This document shows positions 18,521 through 27,410 of a stretch of DNA of 32,000 nucleotides, piece after piece. A model generated the notes under the pieces. The model was not told the origin of the DNA and searched no databases. It saw only the letters and a program-made list of their open reading frames with translations. How positions within the stretch are numbered: the first letter of the stretch is position 1; the number at the start of each line of letters is the position of its first letter. The position numbers and the translations under genes were made by a program. Source of the DNA: Vibrio vulnificus CMCP6 (lineage in GTDB: Bacteria > Pseudomonadota > Gammaproteobacteria > Enterobacterales > Vibrionaceae); the NCBI RefSeq assembly GCF_000039765.1, contig NC_004459.3, positions 930,001 to 962,000 of the forward strand, given 5' to 3'.

Positions 18521-19192
18521 TTAACGTGATGCGGAAGCAACCGTAAAGTGAGGATTCACCGCGGTCAACTTCTTAATCAAGTAATTCAATAGCACGCCAT
18601 ACATAGGGACAAACAGACCCAAGCTGATCACCAGTTTAAAGCCATAATCCACCAGCGCAATTTCCGTCCAGTGTTCCGCCATAAACGCGTCTGGGCTTTG
18701 ATAAAACGCGATAGCAAAGAACGCCAACGTATCCAGCGCATTACCAAATAGCGTCGAGCAAGTCGGTGCGACCCACCACTGTTTCATCTGGCGTAGACGG
18801 TTGAAGACGTGCACATCGAGGATCTGCCCTAGCAAATACGCCATAAAGCTGGCGATCGCGATGCGTGCAACAAATAAGTTGAACTCACCAAGATGAGCAA
18901 AGCCTTGGAACTGCCCTTCAAAGAACAATACCGATAACGCGTAAGAGACAATCAACGCCGGCATCATCACTAAGAATATGATTTTACGTGCCAACTTAGC
19001 ACCAAAAATGCGGACGGTGAGATCAGTCGCAAGAAAGATAAATGGAAAGGTGAAAGCGCCCCAAGTGGTATGAAAACCAAAAATGGTAAACGGTAGCTGA
19101 ACAAGGTAATTGCTCGATGCGATAATGACCAGATGGAACAGGGCCAAATAGATAAGGGCGTTGCGCTGCTGCGCAGGGGTAAAGTTACTCAT
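18521..19192 (-). CDS. yhhQ: Queuosine precursor transporter YhhQ (COG1738/DUF165)
   Basis: Multispanning protein MSNFTPAQQRNALIYLALFHLVIIASSNYLVQLPFTIFGFHTTWGAFTFPFIFLATDLTVRIFG. Start adjusted from 19249. Confidence 0.9.
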   Translation of the reverse strand: MSNFTPAQQRNALIYLALFHLVIIASSNYLVQLPFTIFGFHTTWGAFTFPFIFLATDLTVRIFGAKLARKIIFLVMMPALIVSYALSVLFFEGQFQGFAHLGEFNLFVARIAIASFMAYLLGQILDVHVFNRLRQMKQWWVAPTCSTLFGNALDTLAFFAIAFYQSPDAFMAEHWTEIALVDYGFKLVISLGLFVPMYGVLLNYLIKKLTAVNPHFTVASASR

Positions 19193-19198
19193 GCGATA

Positions 19199-19234
19199 CC
19201 TTTTTAGTTTGGTTTGGGGGCGAGGGAACCCAAA
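19199..19234 (-). promoter_or_regulatory. Candidate preQ1-I riboswitch controlling yhhQ
   Basis: RNA 5'-UUUGGG UUCCCUCG CC CCCAAA CCAAACUAAAAA GG-3' fits an H-type pseudoknot (P1 UUUGGG/CCCAAA; P2 CC/GG) with the ACUAA A-rich tail. It overlaps the SD six nt before the yhhQ ATG. Confidence 0.7.
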
Positions 19235-19413
19235 TCGAGTCTTCTCCAACAGGAAAACACTCTTACCAACAATGTAAAATGAAAATGTTTCCGTTCATCG
19301 TTTTGCCGATGAAGCGGCGGGCGATTATACATTAATCGATATCAAGTACAAGCAGTGAGCGGTACGCAAACGATTGAACACCATTTCGCCGCTAGCAGAG
19401 CCAAAATGCATCG

Positions 19414-19452
19414 ATAAAAAAGGGATGTTTCATGTGAAACATCCCTTTGAAA
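19414..19452 (-). terminator. Rho-independent terminator of the recQ-DUF3630 unit
   Basis: RC AAAGGGATGTTTCA-CA-TGAAACATCCCTTTTTT: 14-bp perfect stem with T tract. Confidence 0.9.
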
Positions 19453-19468
19453 ATGAAAGATTTCGCAC

Positions 19469-19783
19469 CTAAAAACCTTTGGCAAAAAGTTGGGCTAAGT
19501 AGTCCATTACCTCTCGGCTATCATCCACAGTTAATGACTCAAACCACACCGCCTCACTGTAATGTTCCGCTTTCAGGAACAGATGTGTCTCTTCAAAATC
19601 GACCAACCAGCTGTGCACGTCGCCATCCCACTGTTTTTCCACCGCTTGAGCAGACAACAGTTTGAGAAGCCGTTCAGCCAGCGCGGGAAAGGTATCAAGA
19701 TTAAAGCGTGGCGTGCGAATCAACAATCGACCTTCTTGCGCCATGTATTCCGTTAAACCAAATTCCTTGTTGTTCTCATCCAT
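19469..19783 (-). CDS. Small conserved protein, probably DUF3630 family
   Basis: 104 aa MDENNKEFGLTEYMAQEGRLLIRTPRFNLDTFPALAERLLKLL...; overlaps the recQ 3' end by 8 bp. Confidence 0.6.
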   Translation of the reverse strand: MDENNKEFGLTEYMAQEGRLLIRTPRFNLDTFPALAERLLKLLSAQAVEKQWDGDVHSWLVDFEETHLFLKAEHYSEAVWFESLTVDDSREVMDYLAQLFAKGF

Positions 19784-21653
19784 AATGAGTGATGTGCTCC
19801 TGAATCAAATCTAAAAACGGATCCGCGTATTTTTCTAGTTTGCGCTGCCCGACGCCGCTCACCGCGAGCATTTCACCATATGAAGTCGGCAATATTTCAG
19901 CCATGTCGATCAGCGTGGCATCACTGAACACCACATAGGGTGGGATCTCTTCCTCATCGGCAATCGATTTGCGTAGCTTACGTAATTTGGCGAACAGCTT
20001 TTTGTCGTAATGTTTGTTCGATAGCTTATCTGCTTTGGCACTGCGCGCGGCAGTATCTAAACGTGGCACCGCCAGCTCCAACGTCATATCACCACGCAGC
20101 AATGGCCTTGCTTCTTCAGTTAACTGCAAAGTCGAATTGCGGGTGATGTTTTGAAACAGCAGCCCTTTGTGGATCAGTTGGCGGAAAATGCTCACCCAAT
20201 AGTCATGGCTGTGATCACGCCCTAAACCGTAGGTCGAAATCTTATCGTGGCCATGTTCCCGGATACGAATGTTTTGCATCCCACGCAACACTTCCACTAC
20301 GTAGCCCATACCAAAACTCTGATTAACGCGATAAACACACGACAACGCTTTGCGTGCTTCTTCCGTCGCATCAAAATGCTTCGGCGGGTCTAAGCAAATA
20401 TCGCAATTGCCGCAAGGCTTCTCGCGGTATTCACCGAAATAGTTCAGCAGCACTTGGCGGCGACAGGTTTGCGCCTCAGCAAAGGCACTCATGGCATTGA
20501 GCTTATGACTTTCCACTTGTTTTTGCGGGCCGTCGTCTTTCTCATCCAACATGCGGCGCAACCAAGTGATGTCTGCCGGATCGTAGAGCATCATTGCTTC
20601 GGCGGGCAGGCCATCACGCCCTGCTCGACCCGTCTCTTGATAGTACGATTCGATATTGCGTGGAATATCAAAATGCACCACAAAGCGCACATTGGGTTTG
20701 TTGATCCCCATACCAAAGGCCACTGTCGCCACCACAATCTGGATGTCGTCTCGTTGAAACGCTTCTTGCACATAAGCGCGCTCATCGGCGTCCATACCAG
20801 CGTGATAACCCGCCGCTCGAATATGGTTGTTGCACAGCTTCTCGGTCAGCATTTCGACTTTCTTACGGCTACCACAATAAATAATGCCGCAATTGCCTTT
20901 CTGGCTTTCCAAATAGCGAATCACTTGAGAGACCGGCTTGTGCTTCTCCACTAGGTCATAACGAATGTTGGGGCGATCAAAACTGCCGAGATAAACGTGA
21001 GGCTCATTAAGATGTAAGCGACTTAAAATGTCTTTGCGCGTCGCATCGTCTGCCGTGGCCGTTAGCGCCATAAACGGCACGTGAGGAAAATGATGCTTCA
21101 ATTGCCCTAACGCGGCGTACTCGGGGCGGAAATCGTGTCCCCACTGAGAGATACAGTGCGCTTCATCGACAGCAATCATCGCCAAGGGCAAATTTTCCAG
21201 CCGCTCAATAAAGTCGCGCATCAACACCCGCTCTGGCGAAACGTACACCAATTTGAGCTGTCCCGCGTGCATGCGGTTGTAGACGCTGAGCAAAGCGTCA
21301 CGTGATAAGGTCGAGTTGACACATTCTGCCGCGACACCATTGGCTTTAAGTTGGTCAACCTGATCTTTCATCAGCGAAATCAAAGGGGAGATCACTAAGG
21401 TAATACCCGGGCGTACCAGAGCAGGAATTTGATAGCACAGCGATTTGCCGCCACCGGTGGGCATGATCACCAAACTATCTTTCCCCTCAACAGCCGCCTC
21501 GATCACCGACTGCTGCCCCTCACGGAAGGTCTGATAGCCGAACACCTGTGATAAAACGCTTTGGGGCGTCATCGAGCCATCGGAAGGGTCGGCAAGCAGC
21601 GTGGAAGTCATGAACAGTCTCAGTATTGGTCTTGATGGTGGTCTCGAAAGCAC
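19776..21653 (-). CDS. recQ: ATP-dependent DNA helicase RecQ
   Basis: MPTGGGKSLCYQIPAL, DEAHCISQWGHDFRPEY, QETGRAGRDG, HRDC-type C-terminus (MLAVSGVGQRKLEKYADPFL). True start may be internal. Confidence 0.95.
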   Translation of the reverse strand: MLSRPPSRPILRLFMTSTLLADPSDGSMTPQSVLSQVFGYQTFREGQQSVIEAAVEGKDSLVIMPTGGGKSLCYQIPALVRPGITLVISPLISLMKDQVDQLKANGVAAECVNSTLSRDALLSVYNRMHAGQLKLVYVSPERVLMRDFIERLENLPLAMIAVDEAHCISQWGHDFRPEYAALGQLKHHFPHVPFMALTATADDATRKDILSRLHLNEPHVYLGSFDRPNIRYDLVEKHKPVSQVIRYLESQKGNCGIIYCGSRKKVEMLTEKLCNNHIRAAGYHAGMDADERAYVQEAFQRDDIQIVVATVAFGMGINKPNVRFVVHFDIPRNIESYYQETGRAGRDGLPAEAMMLYDPADITWLRRMLDEKDDGPQKQVESHKLNAMSAFAEAQTCRRQVLLNYFGEYREKPCGNCDICLDPPKHFDATEEARKALSCVYRVNQSFGMGYVVEVLRGMQNIRIREHGHDKISTYGLGRDHSHDYWVSIFRQLIHKGLLFQNITRNSTLQLTEEARPLLRGDMTLELAVPRLDTAARSAKADKLSNKHYDKKLFAKLRKLRKSIADEEEIPPYVVFSDATLIDMAEILPTSYGEMLAVSGVGQRKLEKYADPFLDLIQEHITHYG

Positions 21654-21792
21654 TCAATATTGCGAAATGCCCAAGATAATGAGGGCACATTGTAATGGCG
21701 TTTGATGGTGAATTAAACCGCAAAATACTAGGTGATTCCGGACCTCGCTCTTATACTGACCCATCCTTGATAACTAAGTTGGCTATCGTTCA

Positions 21793-22707
21793 ATGACCGC
21801 AGAAGAACAACAAAAAGCACGCCAAGGGGTGTTACTCGCCTTAGGTGCTTATACCATGTGGGGCATCGCGCCCATCTATTTTAAGTCGCTCGCGGCGGTC
21901 TCTCCGCTCGAAATACTCAGCCATCGCGTGGTGTGGTCTTTTTTCTTGCTCGCCGCCCTGCTCCATTTTGGCCGTCATTGGCGCACCGTGCGCGACGTTT
22001 TAACCAGCAAGAGCAAGATGCTCTATCTGGTCACGACCGCCATTTTAGTCGGCGCTAACTGGTTAATTTTTATTTGGGCGGTCAATGCCAACCACATGCT
22101 TGACGCCAGTCTTGGCTATTACATCAACCCACTGATCAATGTGTTGCTCGGCATGCTGTTTCTTGGCGAGCGATTACGTAAGTTGCAGTGGTTTGCAGTC
22201 ACCTTAGCGGCTTGTGGCGTGCTGGTGCAGCTTATCGTGTTTGGTTCGGTACCGATCGTCGCGATTGCTCTCGCCTTTAGCTTTGGCTTCTACGGCTTGC
22301 TGCGTAAAAAAGTCAGCGTTGATGCCCAAACCGGACTGTTCATTGAAACCTTAGTGATGTTGCCAGCCGCAGCGATTTACCTGTTGTTTATTGCTGCTAC
22401 CCCCACCTCTAATGTGTTGGCCAACCCTAGCCAGCTCAATCTGCTGCTCATTGCCGCAGGTGTCGTTACGACGCTGCCTTTGCTCTGCTTTACTGGCGCC
22501 GCCACTCGACTCAAGTTGTCCACCTTAGGCTTTTTCCAATACATAGGCCCAAGTTTGATGTTCTTACTGGCCGTGTTGATTTACGGTGAAGCCTTCACCA
22601 GTGACAAAGCGCTCACCTTCGCCTTTATCTGGGGGGCACTCGTGGTATTTAGTTTCGACGGCTTACGCTATCGCCGCAACAGCCGAAAAACCGCACTCAG
22701 CCACTGA
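21793..22707 (+). CDS. rarD: EamA/RarD family transporter
   Basis: 304 aa; LGAYTMWGIAPIYFKSL...SHRVVWSFFLL...NWLIFIWAVNANHMLDASLGYYINPLINVLLGMLFLGERL. Confidence 0.9.
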   Translation: MTAEEQQKARQGVLLALGAYTMWGIAPIYFKSLAAVSPLEILSHRVVWSFFLLAALLHFGRHWRTVRDVLTSKSKMLYLVTTAILVGANWLIFIWAVNANHMLDASLGYYINPLINVLLGMLFLGERLRKLQWFAVTLAACGVLVQLIVFGSVPIVAIALAFSFGFYGLLRKKVSVDAQTGLFIETLVMLPAAAIYLLFIAATPTSNVLANPSQLNLLLIAAGVVTTLPLLCFTGAATRLKLSTLGFFQYIGPSLMFLLAVLIYGEAFTSDKALTFAFIWGALVVFSFDGLRYRRNSRKTALSH

Positions 22708-22742
22708 TCGTTTTTTACAAGACAAATGCCATTGAGCTCGCT

Positions 22743-22773
22743 AAGCTTGGTCACAAACTGACCAAGCTTTTTT
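22743..22773 (+). terminator. Rho-independent terminator of rarD
   Basis: AAGCTTGGTCA-CAAAC-TGACCAAGCTTTTTT: 11-bp perfect stem with T tract. Confidence 0.9.
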
Positions 22774-22780
22774 GTACTCT

Positions 22781-23578
22781 ATGGAGCAGATCCACTACAT
22801 CCCAACACAAGATGACAAGCTCAGCCTGATTGATGCGAAGTATCAGAAGTTTGCCTTTTCACGGCACTATCATCTGGATTTCCATATCGGGCTGATTACT
22901 CATGGCGAACAGCAGTTCCATTCACAGGGTTGTCGTCATCACGTTGGTCATGGGCAGATTGTTATCATGCCTCCTGACGAGCTGCACGATGGCCATTCCA
23001 AACAACAAGAAGGCTATCAGGTGAATGTGTTTGCGATCGAACCTCATCTGTTAAGCGATCTCGCCGATCTTAAGCAAAATGGTCAAATTATCAGCTTTAA
23101 TCAGATGATCATCTCCGATCCTGTGGTTTTTTCACAACTTCGTAACCTGCACGCTTGGTTGCGCAGTAAAAACATCAGCCAACTCGCCCAAGATTGTTTG
23201 CCATTTGAAGGGTTTAGCACCCTTTTTGATCGCTATGGATCCACTTGCCGCCAAAAAGCCGTACCACTGGGTCAGCAATCGTTGGCGACACTCAAAGAGT
23301 TTCTACTGGCGAATCTCGATCAACCTGTGCGCTTAGAAACACTGGCACAACTCTGCCAACTTTCCCCCACTCAATTTCAGCGCCAGTTCAAAACCAGAAT
23401 GGGCATGACACCCTATGCATGGCTGAGCCGCTTACGTTTAGAACAAGCGATGAAGCTGCTTCAAGCGGGCCAATCCAGCACTGAGGTGGCGCACCAAATT
23501 GGCTACTATGACCAAGCACATTTCAGCAAAGCCTTCAAACAGACCTACGGTATTACCCCATCGCAAATTGCACGTTAG
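22781..23578 (+). CDS. AraC-family transcriptional regulator
   Basis: Cupin-like N-terminus plus C-terminal AraC HTH (LETLAQLCQLSPTQFQRQFKTRMGMTPYAWLSRLRLEQAMKLL...GYYDQAHFSKAFKQTYGITPSQ). Start adjusted to ATG 22781. Confidence 0.9.
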   Translation: MEQIHYIPTQDDKLSLIDAKYQKFAFSRHYHLDFHIGLITHGEQQFHSQGCRHHVGHGQIVIMPPDELHDGHSKQQEGYQVNVFAIEPHLLSDLADLKQNGQIISFNQMIISDPVVFSQLRNLHAWLRSKNISQLAQDCLPFEGFSTLFDRYGSTCRQKAVPLGQQSLATLKEFLLANLDQPVRLETLAQLCQLSPTQFQRQFKTRMGMTPYAWLSRLRLEQAMKLLQAGQSSTEVAHQIGYYDQAHFSKAFKQTYGITPSQIAR

Positions 23579-23665
23579 TGTTGCCTGTGTCAGTTTTTTA
23601 CAAGCGCAAAGCCGCGCAACCCGAGACAATCTACACTCGATTTTGATGATGCACGAGAAACACTC

Positions 23666-24337
23666 ATGAACGAACTGACGATTTTACTGACGCTGGCAAG
23701 CGTCCACTTTATTGCTTTGATGAGCCCCGGCCCCGACGTGGCACTGGTCGTGCAAAACGCAAGCCGCTATGGCCGCCAAACGGGCCTTTTTATTGCCCTC
23801 GGTTTGTCTGTTGGCATTTTGCTGCATTCTCTATTAAGCCTGACGGGCGTGAGTTACTTGGTCCACCAGCAACCGATGTTGTATGCCTTATTACAACTGC
23901 TGGGTGGCAGCTATTTGCTCTATTTGGGCATTGGCGCGTTGCATTCCGTATTACGTCATTGGCGTCAGCCATCGGTGAATCCCACCATCACTCAACGGCA
24001 GTGGACGCTGAACACGAAACGCCAAGCTTTTCTCAAAGGCTTTGCCACCAACATTCTCAATCCCAAGGCGTTAGTGTTTTTTGTCAGCCTGCTATCGAGC
24101 TTAATCCCAGCAACCATGTCGCTCTCTGGCAAGGCCACAGCGGTGATGATTTTATTTGCGTTGTCATTTCTTTGGTTTGCCAGCTTAGCGTGGGCGCTCT
24201 CTGGTCGCCGAATGCAACAGCATTTACACAAAGCGAGTGTCTATATTGATGGCATTTGCGGCGTTTTATTCTGCTTAATTGGCGCAGGCATCCTCTACAA
24301 CACGGTGATTCATCAAGTCATCAGCCAAGTTGCATAG
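23666..24337 (+). CDS. LysE/RhtB family amino-acid exporter
   Basis: MNELTILLTLASVHFIALMSPGPDVALVVQNASRYGRQTGLFIALGLSVGILLHS. Confidence 0.9.
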   Translation: MNELTILLTLASVHFIALMSPGPDVALVVQNASRYGRQTGLFIALGLSVGILLHSLLSLTGVSYLVHQQPMLYALLQLLGGSYLLYLGIGALHSVLRHWRQPSVNPTITQRQWTLNTKRQAFLKGFATNILNPKALVFFVSLLSSLIPATMSLSGKATAVMILFALSFLWFASLAWALSGRRMQQHLHKASVYIDGICGVLFCLIGAGILYNTVIHQVISQVA

Positions 24338-24354
24338 TTTTTTGCTCTTCGCCG

Positions 24355-24372
24355 TGTAAGAGATCTCTCACA
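24355..24372 (+). promoter_or_regulatory. GacA/VarA (UvrY)-type upstream activating sequence
   Basis: TGTAAGAGATCTCTCACA, close to the TGTAAG-N6-CTTACA palindrome, about 160-180 nt before the predicted start of the Csr sRNA. Confidence 0.75.
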
Positions 24373-24500
24373 AACAAGTAAGCCAATGTCGTTTTTTACC
24401 TAAGACACTGGAGAGAAAATAACACTAACCACATGATTTTATTGAATATGAATGCTTTTTAGCCATGTTATGTATGTAGAAATGTGCGCTGGATCCGTTG

Positions 24501-24529
24501 TTGGTGCTGGGGAAAAAGTTACTATGAAT
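24501..24529 (+). promoter_or_regulatory. Predicted promoter of Csr sRNA
   Basis: TTGGTG (24501-24506) - N16 - TATGAA(T) (24523-24529). Confidence 0.45.
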
Positions 24530-24531
24530 AC

Positions 24532-24941
24532 GTCGGAAGGATGCTGACACGGAACAGGAAATGACTACGGATTAGGTCATCTTCAGGAAGGAGATACGGT
24601 TATTCAGGATGAATAGTCGGCATGGAAAGCAAATTGGACATTGAACGGACGCAATAGTAACTAGGATGGTTACTACTAAGGAAGGCAATGGACACCTCTG
24701 GATGAGGCAAGGACTGAACATCAGGAAGATGTCAGGGACACCGCTCAGGGAACAAGTGATGTGAGCCAACGAGGATTGTTGGTAGACCAGGATAGGTCAA
24801 GGACACCGCTAGGAAGGCGACGAAAGGATTAAGCTGACGGATTCAGCATACTATCAAGGATTTGATGCAGGGAGCACTTTAGTAGCTGGATTGCTGCAAG
24901 TAAGACCATAACCCCGAAGGGCGTAAGCCCTCGGGGTTTTT
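24532..24941 (+). ncRNA. CsrB/CsrC/CsrD-family regulatory RNA (CsrA-sequestering sRNA)
   Basis: About 28 GGA motifs in 410 nt, many in hairpin loops (TATTCAGGATGAATA, GTAACTAGGATGGTTAC, CCTCTGGATGAGG, ACATCAGGAAGATGT, CAACGAGGATTGTTG, GACCAGGATAGGTC). Ends in an intrinsic terminator; no credible ORF. Confidence 0.93.
24911..24941 (+). terminator. Intrinsic terminator of Csr sRNA
   Basis: ACCCCGAAGGGCGTAAGCCCTCGGGGTTTTTC. Confidence 0.95.
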
Positions 24942-24976
24942 CTTTGCTTGCTATTTGTCCCCGCTCACTGAGACAT

Positions 24977-25002
24977 AAAAAACGGCGCCTTCAGCGCCGT
25001 TT
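24977..25002 (-). terminator. Rho-independent terminator of uvrD
   Basis: RC AACGGCGC-TGAAG-GCGCCGTTTTTTA. Confidence 0.9.
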
Positions 25003-25029
25003 GCAGATCGAAGATCGATCGATAAACCA

Positions 25030-27204
25030 TCACAGTTTTTCCAGCCTCGCGTAAGCGGTCACTAGCCACTTGATTCCTTCCCCATTGAAGGCCACTTGAA
25101 CTCGACTTTGTGGCCCACTGCCTTCAAAGTTGATGATCGTCCCTTCACCAAACTTTGGGTGACGCACACGAGAGCCGAGCGAAAAGCCCGTTTCATTGAA
25201 GCTCTCTTTGACCACAGTTTGGCTAAAGCGACCACTGCTGGCAGGACGGCTGACTTGCGCTTTCATGCGCACTTCATCCAAGCAGCTTTCCGGCAGCTCT
25301 CGGATAAAACGTGATGGTTTATGATATTTGTCTTGCCCGTACAAACGACGCATTTCAGCGTAGGTAATATAGAGCTTCTGCATTGCCCGAGTCATGCCCA
25401 CGTAGCACAAACGGCGCTCTTCTTCTAAGCGGCCCGCTTCTTCGGCGGACATCTGGCTCGGGAACATGCCTTCTTCCACGCCCACCATAAACACCAATGG
25501 GAACTCCAATCCTTTGGCGCTGTGTAAGGTCATCAGTTGTACCGCATCTTCGAAATCGTCCGCTTGACCTTCACCCGCCTCCAAAGCGGCATGGGTTAAG
25601 AAAGCAGTGAGCAAACTCATCTCTTCGGCTTCTTCCGGTTTTTCAAACTGACGTGTCGCCGTGACCAACTCTTCCAAGTTCTCAATGCGAGCCTTGGACT
25701 TCTCGCCTTTCTCTTGCTCATACATGGTGTACAAGCCTGAGGATTTGATCACATGGTCGGTTTGAATGTGCAGTGGCATTTCAAAGCTGTCGTCTTCCAG
25801 CGCCGTGATCAGCTCGATAAAGCGACTTAACGCACCAGCAGCACGCCCCGTTAACACTTTTTCTTCGATCAAAGCGATACTGGCTTCCCACAAGGTGCAG
25901 CCACGATCGCGCGCGGCAAAACGCACCGTTTCCAAGGTTTTGTCCCCTAAGCCACGCGTTGGAGTATTAACCACACGTTCAAAGGCCGCGTCGTCATTGC
26001 GGTTGGCGATGAGGCGCAGATAGCTCAATGCATCTTTGATCTCTTGGCGCTCGAAGAATCGCATCCCGCCGTAAATGCGATAAGGCAAACCCGCTTGAAT
26101 CAACGCTTCTTCCAGTACACGCGACTGGGCGTTATTGCGATAAAGCATCGCTGCGTCGTTCAACACGCCGCCTTTGTCCTGCCACTCTTTGATTTTGTTC
26201 ACCGCAAAACGCGCTTCATCCAATTCGTTGTAAGCAGAATAAATCGAGATCGGTTCACCTTCGACGCCATCGGTCCACAGCTCTTTGCCCATACGCTCGG
26301 TATTGTTGGCAATCAAGGCGTTTGAGGCTTCTAGGATGGTTTTGGTCGAACGGTAGTTTTGCTCGAGGCGAATGGTGTTGACGCTCGGAAACTCAAGGGT
26401 GAACTTTTCGATGTTTTCCACTTTCGCGCCACGCCAACCGTAAATCGACTGGTCATCATCACCGACGATCATCACATGGCATTCAGGCCCCGCCATCATA
26501 CGCAGCCAAGCGTATTGAATGTTGTTGGTGTCTTGGAACTCGTCCACCAAGATGTGTTTAAAGCGCGCTTGATAGTGTTCGCGGATAAATTTGTTCTCAC
26601 GCAGTAGCTCATGCGCACGCAGCAAGATCTCCGCAAAGTCGACCAAGCCTGCGCGATCACACGCTTCTTGATAGGCGGTGTACAACTGTAGGTAGGTTTT
26701 GGTCACGGGATCGTGGTAGGCATCGATGTGCGCAGGGCGTAATCCTTCGTCTTTTTTGCCATTGATCCACCAAGCGACTTGGCGCGCTGGCCACTGTTTG
26801 TCATCCAGGTTTTGCGCTTTGATCAGTCGCTTAAGCAAACGTTGTTGGTCGTCGCTATCAATAATTTGGAAATCTTCCGGCAGCTTGGCATCCAGATAGT
26901 GCGCTCTGAGAATTCGGTGGCAAATACCGTGGAAGGTGCCATTCCACATGCCCGACGCACTGCCCATCATCAACTCTTCGATTCGACCACGCATCTCCGC
27001 CGCCGCCTTATTGGTAAAGGTCACAGACATAATAGAAAACGGAGAAGCCTGCTCGACTGACATTAGCCAAGCAATGCGATGCACAAGAACGCGCGTTTTA
27101 CCACTGCCTGCGCCTGCCAACACCAGCAAGTTTTCCAAAGGTGCAGCAACAGCCTCACGCTGTTTGTCGTTCAAGCCATCGAGAAGAAGTGAAGGATCGA
27201 TCAT
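25030..27204 (-). CDS. uvrD: DNA helicase II UvrD
   Basis: MIDPSLLLDGLNDKQREAVAAPLENLLVLAGAGSGKTRVLVHRIAWLMSVE, 724 aa. Confidence 0.97.
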   Translation of the reverse strand: MIDPSLLLDGLNDKQREAVAAPLENLLVLAGAGSGKTRVLVHRIAWLMSVEQASPFSIMSVTFTNKAAAEMRGRIEELMMGSASGMWNGTFHGICHRILRAHYLDAKLPEDFQIIDSDDQQRLLKRLIKAQNLDDKQWPARQVAWWINGKKDEGLRPAHIDAYHDPVTKTYLQLYTAYQEACDRAGLVDFAEILLRAHELLRENKFIREHYQARFKHILVDEFQDTNNIQYAWLRMMAGPECHVMIVGDDDQSIYGWRGAKVENIEKFTLEFPSVNTIRLEQNYRSTKTILEASNALIANNTERMGKELWTDGVEGEPISIYSAYNELDEARFAVNKIKEWQDKGGVLNDAAMLYRNNAQSRVLEEALIQAGLPYRIYGGMRFFERQEIKDALSYLRLIANRNDDAAFERVVNTPTRGLGDKTLETVRFAARDRGCTLWEASIALIEEKVLTGRAAGALSRFIELITALEDDSFEMPLHIQTDHVIKSSGLYTMYEQEKGEKSKARIENLEELVTATRQFEKPEEAEEMSLLTAFLTHAALEAGEGQADDFEDAVQLMTLHSAKGLEFPLVFMVGVEEGMFPSQMSAEEAGRLEEERRLCYVGMTRAMQKLYITYAEMRRLYGQDKYHKPSRFIRELPESCLDEVRMKAQVSRPASSGRFSQTVVKESFNETGFSLGSRVRHPKFGEGTIINFEGSGPQSRVQVAFNGEGIKWLVTAYARLEKL

Positions 27205-27216
27205 GATAAGAAGCTA

Positions 27217-27232
27217 CTGGTTATTTATACAG
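27217..27232 (-). promoter_or_regulatory. LexA/SOS box of uvrD
   Basis: Minus strand CTGTATAAATAACCAG, similar to the E. coli uvrD box recalled as CTGTATATATACCCAG; located between TATAAT (27241-27246) and the ATG. Confidence 0.8.
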
Positions 27233-27383
27233 AAACAAGGATTATAACCTAAACCGTGCTCGCTTTTCAGACTAAATTGCAATTTAAGAAAAAGGCATCA
27301 ACCAGTTACAAATCATAGAGATAGTTACAGGCGTGATGAATTTATAAAAAATAATCGCCATTTTTTTGAAAGTTTTTCCCGCA

Positions 27384-27410
27384 ACTTGCTGTCCTTTTAA
27401 CCAAGCAAGT
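27384..27410. repeat. Inverted repeat upstream of the bufferin operon, possible regulator site
   Basis: ACTTGCT-N13-AGCAAGT, perfect 7-bp arms, about 60-85 nt before the bufA start. Confidence 0.45.

Noticed and set aside
22772-22780. Track start of the AraC-family gene at a TTG codon
   Set aside because: It lies in the T tract of the rarD terminator; ATG at 22781 is the better start.
24572-24769. 65-aa ORF antisense in the intergenic region
   Set aside because: Antisense to the Csr sRNA, with a composition explained by complements of GGA repeats (many TCC/CCT codons) and no family resemblance.
24532-24941. Short recurrent motifs considered as a CRISPR array or tandem repeat
   Set aside because: The units are irregular 3-6 nt GGA cores with variable spacing and no 25-40 nt conserved repeat, consistent with CsrA binding sites.
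25096-27247. Plus-strand ORFs over uvrD
   Set aside because: Antisense to a clearly conserved helicase, with no recognisable domain and no ribosome-binding or operon context.
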